Source of the DNA: Deltaproteobacteria bacterium
Lineage (GTDB): Bacteria > Desulfobacterota > Syntrophia > Syntrophales > UBA8958
Direction: 5' to 3'
DNA length: 64,000 nt
Assembly (NCBI GenBank): GCA_026388335.1
Contig: JAPLJZ010000247.1
Span: 1,233 to 65,232, forward strand
The notes beneath the pieces were generated by a model that worked only from the letters and a program-made list of their open reading frames with translations, was not told the DNA's origin and made no database searches. This document shows, in pieces, positions 8,730 through 18,144 of the stretch (position 1 is its first letter; every line of letters begins with the position of its first letter). Position numbers and translations under genes: made by a program.

Positions 8730-10004
8730 TTAATAAACAATTTTCAAACTGGCCATAAACTGGTTGTCAGCAAATTCAAAGTTCTCGTAATTAGATGATT
8801 TCTTGTTATATTTATAACCTATGCCGCATGTTAACCATTCCCGGATCTTATAGTCGAGACCGGCATTAACAATATAGTTCTTGTCCGACCTGTCACCAAC
8901 GGAGGTGTAGCCCGCCGGCGCGGTGTTGTAATCATTAAGGCTGTAAAGAACACCGGCTGTCGCGAAAAACCTCGTGAGAATGGTCTGCCGAACACTGACG
9001 CCAACACCCGTGTCATAGAAAAAGGTGCTTGAATCGGCGGCCTGGTCTCTTGTGGTCCGGGCGATATTCAAACTGAGAACCGTCGTGGCCGTCGCATCAA
9101 AGTTGATGTTCGTCGCCGCCACCCACGTATCCCGATCGGTCCGGGTATTTCCCGCCGTGTCCAGGTTGTTATTGTACCTTTTCCACATGTAGCCGACGGA
9201 TAACTCTCCCGTCAGTTTAGAGCCCTGATCCCAGGTTAAACCGATATTGACCTGATTATATTTGAAATCCGCTTTGCGATTGTCGGGGAATCCGGCGACA
9301 TATGTCCCATTCTCCGTTTGGCCGCCGTAAAAGGACGCATAATTCTGGAGGCCGTAGATGTAGCGCACAAACCCCCACGTCCGGGGAAGAAAGCGGCCCT
9401 CGGCGCTGAAGCCGTATTCATTGAGGGTGTAATTCTGTGAAGCGTCATAATTGCTGAAATACTGCTGTTCGTACATGTTATATAGGGCGATGGTCCGGAA
9501 GGTGTTGTTCCCCCAAGCCATGCCCAGTTTGCTCTTCAAATCGTTTTCCCATCGTTTCGTCACACGGCCGATAGCGTACTGGTCGGGTGAGCCGAAGGGG
9601 TCCTGCTTCAGCCGGAATTCCTCGTTCACGCCAAGCAACAACCCTGACGGCGGTTTGTAGTCGATACCAAGAGCAAAGTTCTGGTTATTCCAGTTGTTTT
9701 TATCGTTTGTGTTATAAAAGGCCCAGTCGCCGTTCCAGCCAAGCTTGAGGTCGCCCCGCTCGGGGAGGTTGTAATTCAGCAGCATGCCGGGCTTGAGGTG
9801 ATAAATAGTATCGGATACCTTTTTGTTCGCATTGTCGTCGCTTCCATTCTTCATGTAGATATTGTCATCGTACACGACCTGGCCCTCGATACCAGGAATG
9901 ACCTTGAGATTCCCGAAGTTGATATTCCCTTGGGCAAGAAGCATTGTGGGGATTAGTAAAAATATCACCGTAACCACACAAGAAAAATTAATAGCTCTTT
10001 TCAC
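8730..10004 (-). CDS. outer-membrane beta-barrel protein (OmpL/BBP2-like, EPS-locus type)
   Basis: Signal peptide KRAINFSCVVTVIFLLIPTMLLAQG. Alternating aromatic/polar strands throughout, C-terminal ...ASLKIVY. The track ORF extends to 10121; GTG at 10004 behind GGAGG is the likelier start. Confidence 0.6.
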   Translation of the reverse strand: MKRAINFSCVVTVIFLLIPTMLLAQGNINFGNLKVIPGIEGQVVYDDNIYMKNGSDDNANKKVSDTIYHLKPGMLLNYNLPERGDLKLGWNGDWAFYNTNDKNNWNNQNFALGIDYKPPSGLLLGVNEEFRLKQDPFGSPDQYAIGRVTKRWENDLKSKLGMAWGNNTFRTIALYNMYEQQYFSNYDASQNYTLNEYGFSAEGRFLPRTWGFVRYIYGLQNYASFYGGQTENGTYVAGFPDNRKADFKYNQVNIGLTWDQGSKLTGELSVGYMWKRYNNNLDTAGNTRTDRDTWVAATNINFDATATTVLSLNIARTTRDQAADSSTFFYDTGVGVSVRQTILTRFFATAGVLYSLNDYNTAPAGYTSVGDRSDKNYIVNAGLDYKIREWLTCGIGYKYNKKSSNYENFEFADNQFMASLKIVY

Positions 10005-10172
10005 AATAATACCAGCCTCCTTTTCTTCACTTTCAAAACCCTCGATTACTCTACAGGAAAATACCAGTTGATTTTTTAATTTCACATGGGTAATATTAGT
10101 GAGAGATTGTAGTTCTGTCAAGTATTTTTTTGTAAATTTTTCGATACCAATTGGAGGGAGAATAGCTATTTT

Positions 10173-10868
10173 ATGATGTTAAATAAAACTGATATTGATC
10201 GTATCGGCATCGTCATTCCCACCCTGAACGAGGGTCAAACTCTTGCTGCTATTATCGAGGGAGTCCGCCCCTATACAAATGATATTATCGTAGTGGATGG
10301 ACACTCAACGGACAATACTGCCGAGGTCGCCGGATCCCTGGGGGCAAAGATCGTCCTTGATCACAAAAAAGGGAAAGGCGAAGCGATCCGGACCGTCATT
10401 CCCCATCTTACAAGAGAGGTCACCGTATTTATCGACGCCGATGGCTCCCACGATCCCGACGACATCCCGGCCATTGTCAGACCCATTCTCGACGGCGAGG
10501 CAGACCATGTCTCCGGTTCACGCCTCATCGGCGGTTCCAGCGAACTCCACGGCGGCTTCGACGAGTGTTTCCGTCTCATGGGCAGCTCCTTAATCACCGC
10601 CTGCATCAACCACCGTTTCCATGTCCGTCTGTCTGAGAGCCAGAACGGCTTCCGGGCCGTCCGGACAGAGGTACTGCGCCAGCTCGGTCTCGAGGAAAAC
10701 ATCACCACCATCGAGCAGGAGATGATCATCAAGACCCTGAAGAAGGGTTATCGCATGGCCGAGGTTCCCTCACACGAACACTCGCGGAAGGCGGGCTATT
10801 CAAAGATCAACGTTCGCAAAGTGGCCTTCCGATATGTTTACAGTATGGTCAAGTACCTTTATTTTTAG
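10173..10868 (+). CDS. GT2 glycosyltransferase, polyprenyl-phosphate sugar synthase class (Dpm1/Ppm1/GtrB/ArnC-like)
   Basis: IGIVIPTLNEGQTL...IIVVDGHSTDNT...VFIDADGSHDP (DxD). The ~230 aa size is typical of dolichyl/undecaprenyl-phosphate glycosyl synthases. Confidence 0.75.
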   Translation: MMLNKTDIDRIGIVIPTLNEGQTLAAIIEGVRPYTNDIIVVDGHSTDNTAEVAGSLGAKIVLDHKKGKGEAIRTVIPHLTREVTVFIDADGSHDPDDIPAIVRPILDGEADHVSGSRLIGGSSELHGGFDECFRLMGSSLITACINHRFHVRLSESQNGFRAVRTEVLRQLGLEENITTIEQEMIIKTLKKGYRMAEVPSHEHSRKAGYSKINVRKVAFRYVYSMVKYLYF

Positions 10869-10874
10869 GCTAAT

Positions 10875-12275
10875 ATGGCCAATGTTCTCCTCTTCAATCC
10901 CCCGGCGCCCGGCGGCGGCGGTTTCACCCGGGAGGGCCGATGTACCCAGGAGGCGGGGGTATGGGCCACCCAGTGGCCGCCCCTGTCCCTGACGACGACG
11001 GCGGCCCTGCTTATAGCGAATGGTCATATCGTAAAGGTCTTTGATTTTCCCGCCCTCGGGATGACGGCAACAGCCATCTCCACGCTCATCCGGAAAGAAC
11101 ATCCCGATTTAGCCATCTGGGGCACGGCGACGCCGACCCTCGGTTCGGATCTTCAAATCGCCCGCTTAATCAAGGAAATATCTCCGTCGACAATCACGGC
11201 GGTTATGGGAACCCACGTTACCGCCCGACCCGAAGACGCCCTCTCGGAAAGGGCCGTGGATGCAGTTATCCGGGGTGAACCGGAAGGCATCATCGGGAAT
11301 CTCTGCCGGGTTGGTCATAGCAACTGGAAGAGCGTCAACGGCATTTCATATCGCCGCAAGCAGCTTATACAACATAATCCCGATGCCGATTTTCTCGCTC
11401 CCCCAGACATTCCCGCCCCGGCGTGGCATCTCATCGATCACGGCTCCTATCGTTTGCCCCTAAAGGGACGTCCTTTTCTCATGGTCGCCCCGGTCCGGGG
11501 ATGCCCGTACCGCTGCACCTTCTGCACCGCCCCTCTATACTACGGCGCGAAATTGCGGCGGCGGCCCATCGAAAACGTCCTCCGGGAAATTGAAATAAAC
11601 ACAAAGTCATATAGCATCAGTGACATATTCATCTGGGCCGACACGTTCACCGCCGACCGGGACTATGTCAGGGAATTCTGTCGGGCCGTCATCGCACGCA
11701 GCCTGTCCATCTCCTGGACCTGCAACAGTCGTGTGGACACCATCGACGAGGAAACCCTCATGTTGATGAAAAAGGCCGGCTTGTGGATGATTTCCTATGG
11801 TCTGGAGTCGGGAAACGACGGGATTCTCGCAAGGTCGGGGAAAAAGATGACCGTTGCACAATCGAGAAAGGCTGTGCTATGGGCAAAACAGACGGGGATT
11901 CGCGTGGCGGGCCACTTCATCTTCGGTCTCCCGGGGGAAAAGAAAAGCACTATGGAGGAAACCCTGGCCCTCGCCCTTGAGCTTCCCCTGGATATCGCCC
12001 AGTTTTATGCGGCGGCGCCCTTTCCGGGAACCGGGCTCTACGCCGAGGCCAAGCGCGAGGGCTGGCTGAGGAAGGACTCATTTTCTTCCCAGGCTAGCGC
12101 CGTCATGGATCTGCCGGGTTTGTCGGCGGATGAGGTCGACGATTTCCGCCGTTTCGCCTTCCGGAAGTTCTACGGACGGCCCCAGGCGGCGCTTAATCTT
12201 CTTTCCATGGCGGAATGGGAGGCATTGAAAAGCGTCCCCGCGGCGATGAAAAGATTTCTTGGCTGGACACGGTAA
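10875..12275 (+). CDS. B12-binding-domain radical SAM enzyme
   Basis: CxxxCxxC cluster motif GCPYRCTFCTAP. An N-terminal ~150 aa Rossmann-like B12-binding region precedes it. Confidence 0.8.
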   Translation: MANVLLFNPPAPGGGGFTREGRCTQEAGVWATQWPPLSLTTTAALLIANGHIVKVFDFPALGMTATAISTLIRKEHPDLAIWGTATPTLGSDLQIARLIKEISPSTITAVMGTHVTARPEDALSERAVDAVIRGEPEGIIGNLCRVGHSNWKSVNGISYRRKQLIQHNPDADFLAPPDIPAPAWHLIDHGSYRLPLKGRPFLMVAPVRGCPYRCTFCTAPLYYGAKLRRRPIENVLREIEINTKSYSISDIFIWADTFTADRDYVREFCRAVIARSLSISWTCNSRVDTIDEETLMLMKKAGLWMISYGLESGNDGILARSGKKMTVAQSRKAVLWAKQTGIRVAGHFIFGLPGEKKSTMEETLALALELPLDIAQFYAAAPFPGTGLYAEAKREGWLRKDSFSSQASAVMDLPGLSADEVDDFRRFAFRKFYGRPQAALNLLSMAEWEALKSVPAAMKRFLGWTR

Positions 12276-12283
12276 ATTTCGGC

Positions 12284-12398
12284 GGGAGAGATTTTATACA
12301 AGGTCGGGGAAATCCCCCTGAATCCCCCTTTACAAAGGGAGACTTGGGGAAACTTTATACACCCTCTTTGCTAAAGAGGGGCTGGGGGAGATTTTACA
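12284..12398. repeat. cluster of family-A GC-hairpin mini-repeats filling an intergenic gap
   Basis: CCCCCTTTACAAAGGGA..GGGGAAACTTTATAC (12321-12360) and CCCTCTTTGCTAAAGAGGGGCTGGGGGAGATTTTACA (12362-12398), plus a partial GAGAGATTTTATACA. The same pattern recurs at 22596 and 26701. Confidence 0.8.
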
Positions 12399-12399
12399 T

Positions 12400-14262
12400 T
12401 TGGAAAACAATTATGTTTTAGGCGTCTGGGACGGCCACGATGCAGGAGCGGCCCTCCTCAAGGGAGAGGAAATCGTTTTCGCCATCAACGAAGAGCGCCT
12501 GAGCCGCCGGAAGCTGGAAGTCGGTTTCCCCCACCGATCCATCCGGGCCTGTCTCGACTTCGCCGGACTGAATCCCCCCGACATCAAGTATATTGCCGCT
12601 TCGACAACGGACCCTGCCAAGACACTAACGCGGATTTTCCCAAACCTGAAAGAGGAGTATTACCTCATCCGCCGCCGGAAGCAACCTCCACGTTCCTTTG
12701 ACGCTTTCAAAAAAACCTTTAAATACCGGTTCACGGAACTGGCTCCGAATGTGATTTCACGCCGACTCAGCCTGTCCTGGATGCATAGCCGACTACGGGA
12801 GATGGGCTTCGCCGGATACCGGCTCGAATGGGTTGACCACCACAAAGCCCATGCGGCGGCAGCCTTTTGCTGCGGCTTACCGGAATGTCTGGTGATAACC
12901 CTCGATGGCGTCGGAGACGGCTGCTGCGGCTCGCTATGGTCTTTCCGGAACAAAAAGCTCTCCCTCATCAAGGCCCTGCCCGCCTCCCGCTCCCTGGGAA
13001 TCTTCTTCGAACACGTTACTAATCTCATGAACATGCGGGAACTGGAAGACGAGGGAAAGGTCATGGCCCTGGCCAACTATGCCTATCCCATCGCGGATGA
13101 CGATAATCCCCTGATGTCCGTCATCCAGACGAAAGATCTGGACATTGTCACTCCTTATTCCTCCACGGCCATGTTTCGGGAAATGAAAAAGATCATCTGG
13201 CGCTATCCTTCGGAGCAATTTGCCGCCATGGCCCAGCGGGTCCTCGAAAAATGCGTTCTCGATCTTGTCGCAGCGGCCCTGGCGAAAACCAGTCATAAGA
13301 GAATCGCGGCGGCAGGAGGCGTTTTTTCCAACATCAAGATGAATATGAAGCTCGCCGCGCAACGGGAGGTGGAGAACATCTACGTCTTCCCCCACATGGG
13401 CGATGGCGGCCTCGCCATCGGCGCCGCCATGCTCATGAATCACGACCGCTTCGGCATTTCCGGATATTCGCTACCGAGTCTTGCCCTTGGCCCGTCCTTC
13501 ACGGCGGAAGAGGTTTGGGCCGCCCTTCAAAGCCACCATATAACTGATTCGGCAGCCGGAGAGGGCAGGCCTACAGGAAAAACGGCACTACTGGATTCCT
13601 GCCTTCGCCGGAATGACGATAGGGAGACTGAAATGGAATTTTTCAAAGGTCTCAAGGTAGCACCGGAAACGCACCGAAACGGCGATATCCTGTTTCGGCG
13701 GATCGAAAGCGCTCCGGAGACGGCGGCCCGCCTCATCCTCGCTGGAGAAATCATCCTTTGGTTCCAGGGACGGATGGAAATCGGCCCGCGGTCCCTGGGC
13801 AATCGCAGCATCCTCGCCCGGCCCGATGACAGTGCAATCAAGGACCGTCTCAATCTCCTGCTGAAGAAGAGGGTCTGGTATCAGCCCTTCTGCCCCAGCA
13901 TCCTCGTCGAAGACGCCCCGGCGCTCCTCCATACTGATGGGCAGAACCTCCGCAACAACCCCTTCATGACCATGGCCTTCCGGGTCAGGGCAGATGAGAT
14001 GAAGATGATGGCGGGAGTCATAAATATCGACGGGACCTGCCGTCCCCAGTTTGTCGGCGACGAGCATCCACTATACAGGGATCTCCTTGAACAGATCAAA
14101 AAAATCCTGGGCTATGGAGTGTTGCTCAACACGAGCTTTAACATCCACGGTGAACCGGTGGTCTGTACTCCTCATGAAGCCATCGACATGCTACAGCGGA
14201 CCGGCATCCGCTATCTCGTCATCGAGGACATCCTGGTCGAAAACATGAAGGCAAACCAATGA
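12400..14262 (+). CDS. carbamoyltransferase (NodU/CmcH family)
   Basis: N-terminus YVLGVWDGHDAGAALLKGEEIVFAINEERLSRRK and C-terminal WFQGRMEIGPRSLGNRSILARP are family signatures. Apparent TTG start. Confidence 0.85.
   Translation: MENNYVLGVWDGHDAGAALLKGEEIVFAINEERLSRRKLEVGFPHRSIRACLDFAGLNPPDIKYIAASTTDPAKTLTRIFPNLKEEYYLIRRRKQPPRSFDAFKKTFKYRFTELAPNVISRRLSLSWMHSRLREMGFAGYRLEWVDHHKAHAAAAFCCGLPECLVITLDGVGDGCCGSLWSFRNKKLSLIKALPASRSLGIFFEHVTNLMNMRELEDEGKVMALANYAYPIADDDNPLMSVIQTKDLDIVTPYSSTAMFREMKKIIWRYPSEQFAAMAQRVLEKCVLDLVAAALAKTSHKRIAAAGGVFSNIKMNMKLAAQREVENIYVFPHMGDGGLAIGAAMLMNHDRFGISGYSLPSLALGPSFTAEEVWAALQSHHITDSAAGEGRPTGKTALLDSCLRRNDDRETEMEFFKGLKVAPETHRNGDILFRRIESAPETAARLILAGEIILWFQGRMEIGPRSLGNRSILARPDDSAIKDRLNLLLKKRVWYQPFCPSILVEDAPALLHTDGQNLRNNPFMTMAFRVRADEMKMMAGVINIDGTCRPQFVGDEHPLYRDLLEQIKKILGYGVLLNTSFNIHGEPVVCTPHEAIDMLQRTGIRYLVIEDILVENMKANQ
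13591..13623. repeat. family-C hairpin repeat core (GGATTCC-TGCCTTCGCC-GGAATGACG) inside the carbamoyltransferase CDS
   Basis: The reverse strand reads VIPAKAGIQ (end of antisense ORF 13588..14067). The sense frame reads LLDSCLRRNDD. A related copy lies at 41775-41803. Confidence 0.7.
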
Positions 14263-16049
14263 ATACCAAGGGGTTCTACGGTATCTGCATCCTTATTCTC
14301 TACCTTTTTATCCTCGGCGTCGCTGTCTATATTATCGACTACTATCCCAAACCGGCCATCGAAGGGGCTTTGATGATCTGGATGCCCTGGACCCTCCGCC
14401 TCAATTTTATCATGTTATGTGCAGGCTTGCTCTTCTGGTGGCTGAACAGGCGAAACACTCATGGTCGCCGTGAGGAAGATACAAGCCAAAGCAGCAATAC
14501 TCTTGAACACACAAATAATCATGGCAAAGATCTTTTTCGTAGCAATCAGGTCATGGATCTATTCATAAACAACCGCACAGGGGTGAGCCTCGCCCTTATT
14601 CTGGTCGCTGCCTTCAGCGCCGTTTACTTTCTTTCCCCACAGATTCACCGCCTCTTCTACGACGAGGACATCTATACCAATATCGGCCAGAACATCGCTT
14701 ACCTCAATCGGGCGGCCATGTGTAACTACGGGATCTTCGATTACGGCGATTATCAGGGCAACTGGATGGAGTACAACAAAGATCCGAACGGCTGGCCCTT
14801 TCTCGTGAGCCTCGTATTTCAGGCCTTCGGCGTTAATGAAGCCTATGTATTTCTGCTGAACAACCTCATTTTTACCGGTAGCGTCTTCATCGTTTATCTC
14901 ATCGTGCGGCGCCTGACCGATCGTTTTTTCCCCGCTCTCCTCGGCGCCTTGGTCTATGCCATCATCCCCCACAATCTCATCTGGTCGAACACGGCCGTCG
15001 CGGAACCGGCAGCGGCCTTCTTTGGCGGGCTGACAGCCCTCTTTCTCGTCTCCTATCTGCGCTCACAGAAAGAGATCCACTTCTATCTTTTTGCCCTGAC
15101 CCTGCCCCTCGCATGCCAGATGCGGCCGGAATCGGGCCTGATCGCCATCTGGGCGGCTATCACCATCCTGGTCCTTTCGCCAAAAACGCTCCTCAAACGC
15201 CACGTTTGGGCCCTTGGATCATTAAGCGTCCTCTTCCTCATGCCCCATGTTTTCCATCTTTATGCCATGAGCGGCCATTCGTGGGGGGCGGAGGGTGCAA
15301 AGTTTTCCACGGACTTTTTCCTGAGCAATCTCCGGGTCAACGGGCCCTACTATCTGAACAATGAGCAGTTTCCTGTCATGATCACCATCCTTACCCTCAT
15401 GGGATGCCTGGTGGGCAAAGGGATCCGCCGATGGATGGCGGTGATCCTGGCCTGGCTGGTCCTTTTCTGGGGGATTTTTCTCTTCTTTTATGCGGGAAGT
15501 TACCGGTTCGGCACAGACGTGCGGTTCGCTCTGGTGACGTTCATGCCGATGGCGATTCTGGCGGGGCTGGGTGGCGGGGTGTTTATGGAATGGTTCGTAA
15601 AAAAAAGATATGCAGGCGCCTTAATCGTCCTGGTTCTTCTATTTTCCTGGCTGTCCTTCCTGCCCATGATCCGAACGGTTGGACAGGAGGCTTGGGCGGC
15701 CCGCTTCGATCACTGGTACGCCCGGGAGTTTGCGAAGAAGATCCCGAACCGATCCATTGTCCTGACCCATAATCCCAGCATGTTTCTCCTCTGGGGACAG
15801 AGCGCCATTCAGAGTCATGTCGGTCTGAAGGACCCCGAACTCGTCCGGCAGCTCATGGACAGGTACCCGGGACAGGTCTATTTTCACTTCAACTTCTGGT
15901 GCAATACCGAGCGGGATCCCAACCGGAAACTTTGTGAAGAGGTAATGGCGGCATACTCCATGGAGGAAATCGCCACAGCACAGGAACAGCATTACCATTA
16001 CGGCCTTTACAGAATGCATCCAAAAAAGAGCGGAAAGGCGGAACAATAA
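14259..16049 (+). CDS. GT-C fold membrane glycosyltransferase (GT39/GT83, PMT/ArnT-like)
   Basis: About 12 or more predicted TM helices. Acidic loop motif RLFYDEDIYTNIG after the early TM helices. Soluble C-terminal domain. 4-bp overlap with the carbamoyltransferase. Confidence 0.7.
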   Translation: MNTKGFYGICILILYLFILGVAVYIIDYYPKPAIEGALMIWMPWTLRLNFIMLCAGLLFWWLNRRNTHGRREEDTSQSSNTLEHTNNHGKDLFRSNQVMDLFINNRTGVSLALILVAAFSAVYFLSPQIHRLFYDEDIYTNIGQNIAYLNRAAMCNYGIFDYGDYQGNWMEYNKDPNGWPFLVSLVFQAFGVNEAYVFLLNNLIFTGSVFIVYLIVRRLTDRFFPALLGALVYAIIPHNLIWSNTAVAEPAAAFFGGLTALFLVSYLRSQKEIHFYLFALTLPLACQMRPESGLIAIWAAITILVLSPKTLLKRHVWALGSLSVLFLMPHVFHLYAMSGHSWGAEGAKFSTDFFLSNLRVNGPYYLNNEQFPVMITILTLMGCLVGKGIRRWMAVILAWLVLFWGIFLFFYAGSYRFGTDVRFALVTFMPMAILAGLGGGVFMEWFVKKRYAGALIVLVLLFSWLSFLPMIRTVGQEAWAARFDHWYAREFAKKIPNRSIVLTHNPSMFLLWGQSAIQSHVGLKDPELVRQLMDRYPGQVYFHFNFWCNTERDPNRKLCEEVMAAYSMEEIATAQEQHYHYGLYRMHPKKSGKAEQ

Positions 16050-16066
16050 AAAACAGACGCCTAAAA

Positions 16067-16104
16067 ACACGGATACGCCCCTTGGGGGGGCGTATCCGTG
16101 TTTT
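16067..16104. terminator. bidirectional Rho-independent terminator between convergent genes
   Basis: ACACGGATACGCCC(C) / (G)GGGCGTATCCGTGT stem of 14-15 bp. T-run TTTT follows on plus; A-run upstream gives GTTTTT on minus. Confidence 0.8.
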
Positions 16105-16132
16105 CGCATGGGCCGTTATTTTAAGATTTTGA

Positions 16133-17140
16133 TTACTGCTTGGGCTCGCACGGCGGGCTTGGGCATATGGTTGTCGTTGACATCGATGATGTGGTGGACG
16201 TGGTTGATGTCGTACTGGTTGATGTCGTACTGGCTGCGGTCGTTGGCGCCGTTGTGGGCGCGGGGACTGTAGTTGTGGTTGCGGGAACAGTGGTCGTGGG
16301 CACTGTAACGCCTGCCTTTTGCGCGTCACCTATGGCCTTACCAAGGTCAGTCCGGACCGTCGCGGTAATAGTGCCCAACGTAACCAATGCCTGACTGGCC
16401 TGGCTCGCAACGACCGCGTCAGGGTTGCTCTTCATTATCGCGGCCACCTGCTGGGCCACATCAAGGGCGGCAATCTTGGCCTGTGCCTGCACCACCGGTT
16501 TCAGCACCGTCGGCGGCGCTTCCTGGGCTTGGACGGTCTGCTGGTAAGCCCTCTGCATTGATTGGTAAACGCTGCTCTTTTGCGCCGCGCTGATACCGGG
16601 GTTATCGAAGAAGCCCCGGATGACACTGCCGATTACGGCGGCGTCGCCGCTGTACATATTCAGGTAGGTTCTGACATTGTCGTACCCGAAGTCTCCATCG
16701 GACCCTCGCAGACCCGCGACAGCGGTTGGGCTTTGGAGATAGCTCTTCGTGTTCGAAGCGCCCGTTTTGTACCAGAGCTTTCCGACCATGCAGGTAATTC
16801 GTCTAGCCGATTGGGAGGTCTTGAATATCCAGGTGCCGCTCTGCTCCGTGCGTTCCTGAAGCTGAATGTTAGAATAGGAATTAACCTTCATAACCGCCCC
16901 ATCGTTAAAGGTGATATTCACCTCACCGCTTTGTGTGGCTACCAAATCACCATCGTTCAAGGGCATACCCGCCTTGGTCACTTTGGCAATGGCTGCCCCC
17001 GATTGGATAATCGCGTCCCCCTTGAAGCCGGTGATCTTGCCGATGGCCGCCGCTACCGGGGAAGCGTGAAGAAGGATCAAGCCGAACATTACAAACACTA
17101 CGACCAACAATGTTTTCTTATACAGCAGTTGATTCTTCAT
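16133..17140 (-). CDS. secreted FecR-domain-like protein with Ser/Thr-rich tail ending ICPSPPCEPKQ (paralog 2)
   Basis: About 80 percent identical by eye to 7706..8707. The last 34 residues are identical. The track ORF extends to 17209; MKNQ at 17140 aligns with paralog 1. Confidence 0.7.
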   Translation of the reverse strand: MKNQLLYKKTLLVVVFVMFGLILLHASPVAAAIGKITGFKGDAIIQSGAAIAKVTKAGMPLNDGDLVATQSGEVNITFNDGAVMKVNSYSNIQLQERTEQSGTWIFKTSQSARRITCMVGKLWYKTGASNTKSYLQSPTAVAGLRGSDGDFGYDNVRTYLNMYSGDAAVIGSVIRGFFDNPGISAAQKSSVYQSMQRAYQQTVQAQEAPPTVLKPVVQAQAKIAALDVAQQVAAIMKSNPDAVVASQASQALVTLGTITATVRTDLGKAIGDAQKAGVTVPTTTVPATTTTVPAPTTAPTTAASTTSTSTTSTTSTTSSMSTTTICPSPPCEPKQ

Positions 17141-17319
17141 GGAACAATCCTCTCTTTTCGATTCCGGACGAGCACTTTTCGATCTTACCGATCTTCTTTG
17201 TTTCTTCACAATGAACCCTTTACAAGGCTCGTCTTAATAACACATAAAAAAAAATAAATATAGTTTTTCTACTCAGTGCATGTGCATCTCTACCATTCAG
17301 ATCTTGCTCTCATTTAATG

Positions 17320-18144
17320 TCAGTTCTTCTTCCTCCGATAAAAGAAAACAACGAGGACACAGATCAGCACCACCAGTCCCACGACGAGGAAGGCCTTGAA
17401 CAGAACCGGCCTTTCCTCCACACGGACCTTTCCTTCTACCTGCCTGGCATACTGGTTATTGTTCTCTTCATAGCGCACGATCATCTGATAGGAAACATCC
17501 CCCTTTAAGACCCCCGTCACCGCCACAGGTATTGCCAGTGCTTTTTCTTCTCCGGCGTTGAGGCGGAAGTCCATTTCACCTGCCTCCATCTTCAGGTCGT
17601 CGGGGAGGGCAAAGAAAACGACGGGTTCAATGGCTGTCCCATGGCCATTCTTCAGGGACAGATTAATTTTTATACGCGACCCCAGAGGGCTTTTCAGATT
17701 GATAACCGGCGTGTCCACTCTCACCGTCAAGGCCGGTTTCCCCTTAGCCTCCCCGGCGCGGACGGCAAATGTCGTGAAATGGTAGGTAATGTGGGACGTG
17801 CCGTATTTTTCGTTGAAATTGATCCGGGTGATCAGGATATACTGTCCCGGTTTCAGGATGGTTCCATCGAAAGCGCAGGTATAGCGGATTGTTCCACCGG
17901 GCCTGTTATCCCCCAGGACATCGGAATGGCGCGCGTCGCCGCCCAGAAAGGTGGTTACCGTGACGTTATGGGCCGTATCGTCCCCGAGATTGCTGATTTC
18001 GTCATCAATAAGGATCTTACTCGTAGCCTGGAAGGTAACCTTCGTCGTTACTTTAGTCGTGATGGCGCCGCCATGGACAATGGGCGTTGAAAGCAAGAAT
18101 GTGCAACCCAGCAAGACTATACAGCATAGAATGGCATTCTTCAC
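17320..18144 (-). CDS. hypothetical cell-surface protein, signal peptide (possible lipobox LLGC), two beta-rich domains, C-terminal TM anchor
   Basis: N-terminal MKNAILCCIVLLGC. C-terminal LFKAFLVVGLVVLICVLVVFFYRRKKN. No catalytic motif. Confidence 0.5.
   Translation of the reverse strand: MKNAILCCIVLLGCTFLLSTPIVHGGAITTKVTTKVTFQATSKILIDDEISNLGDDTAHNVTVTTFLGGDARHSDVLGDNRPGGTIRYTCAFDGTILKPGQYILITRINFNEKYGTSHITYHFTTFAVRAGEAKGKPALTVRVDTPVINLKSPLGSRIKINLSLKNGHGTAIEPVVFFALPDDLKMEAGEMDFRLNAGEEKALAIPVAVTGVLKGDVSYQMIVRYEENNNQYARQVEGKVRVEERPVLFKAFLVVGLVVLICVLVVFFYRRKKN

Larger units (their letters stand above)
16067..17160 (-). repeat. direct-repeat copy 2 of the ~1.1 kb duplicated segment
   Basis: See 7637-8725. 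Same orientation, 8.4 kb apart. Confidence 0.75.

Noticed and set aside
12215-12421. 68-aa ORF reading ...GNPPESPFTKGDLGKLYTPSLLKRGWGRFY.
   Set aside because: It is composed entirely of family-A hairpin repeats in an intergenic gap. It is a repeat artefact, not a gene.
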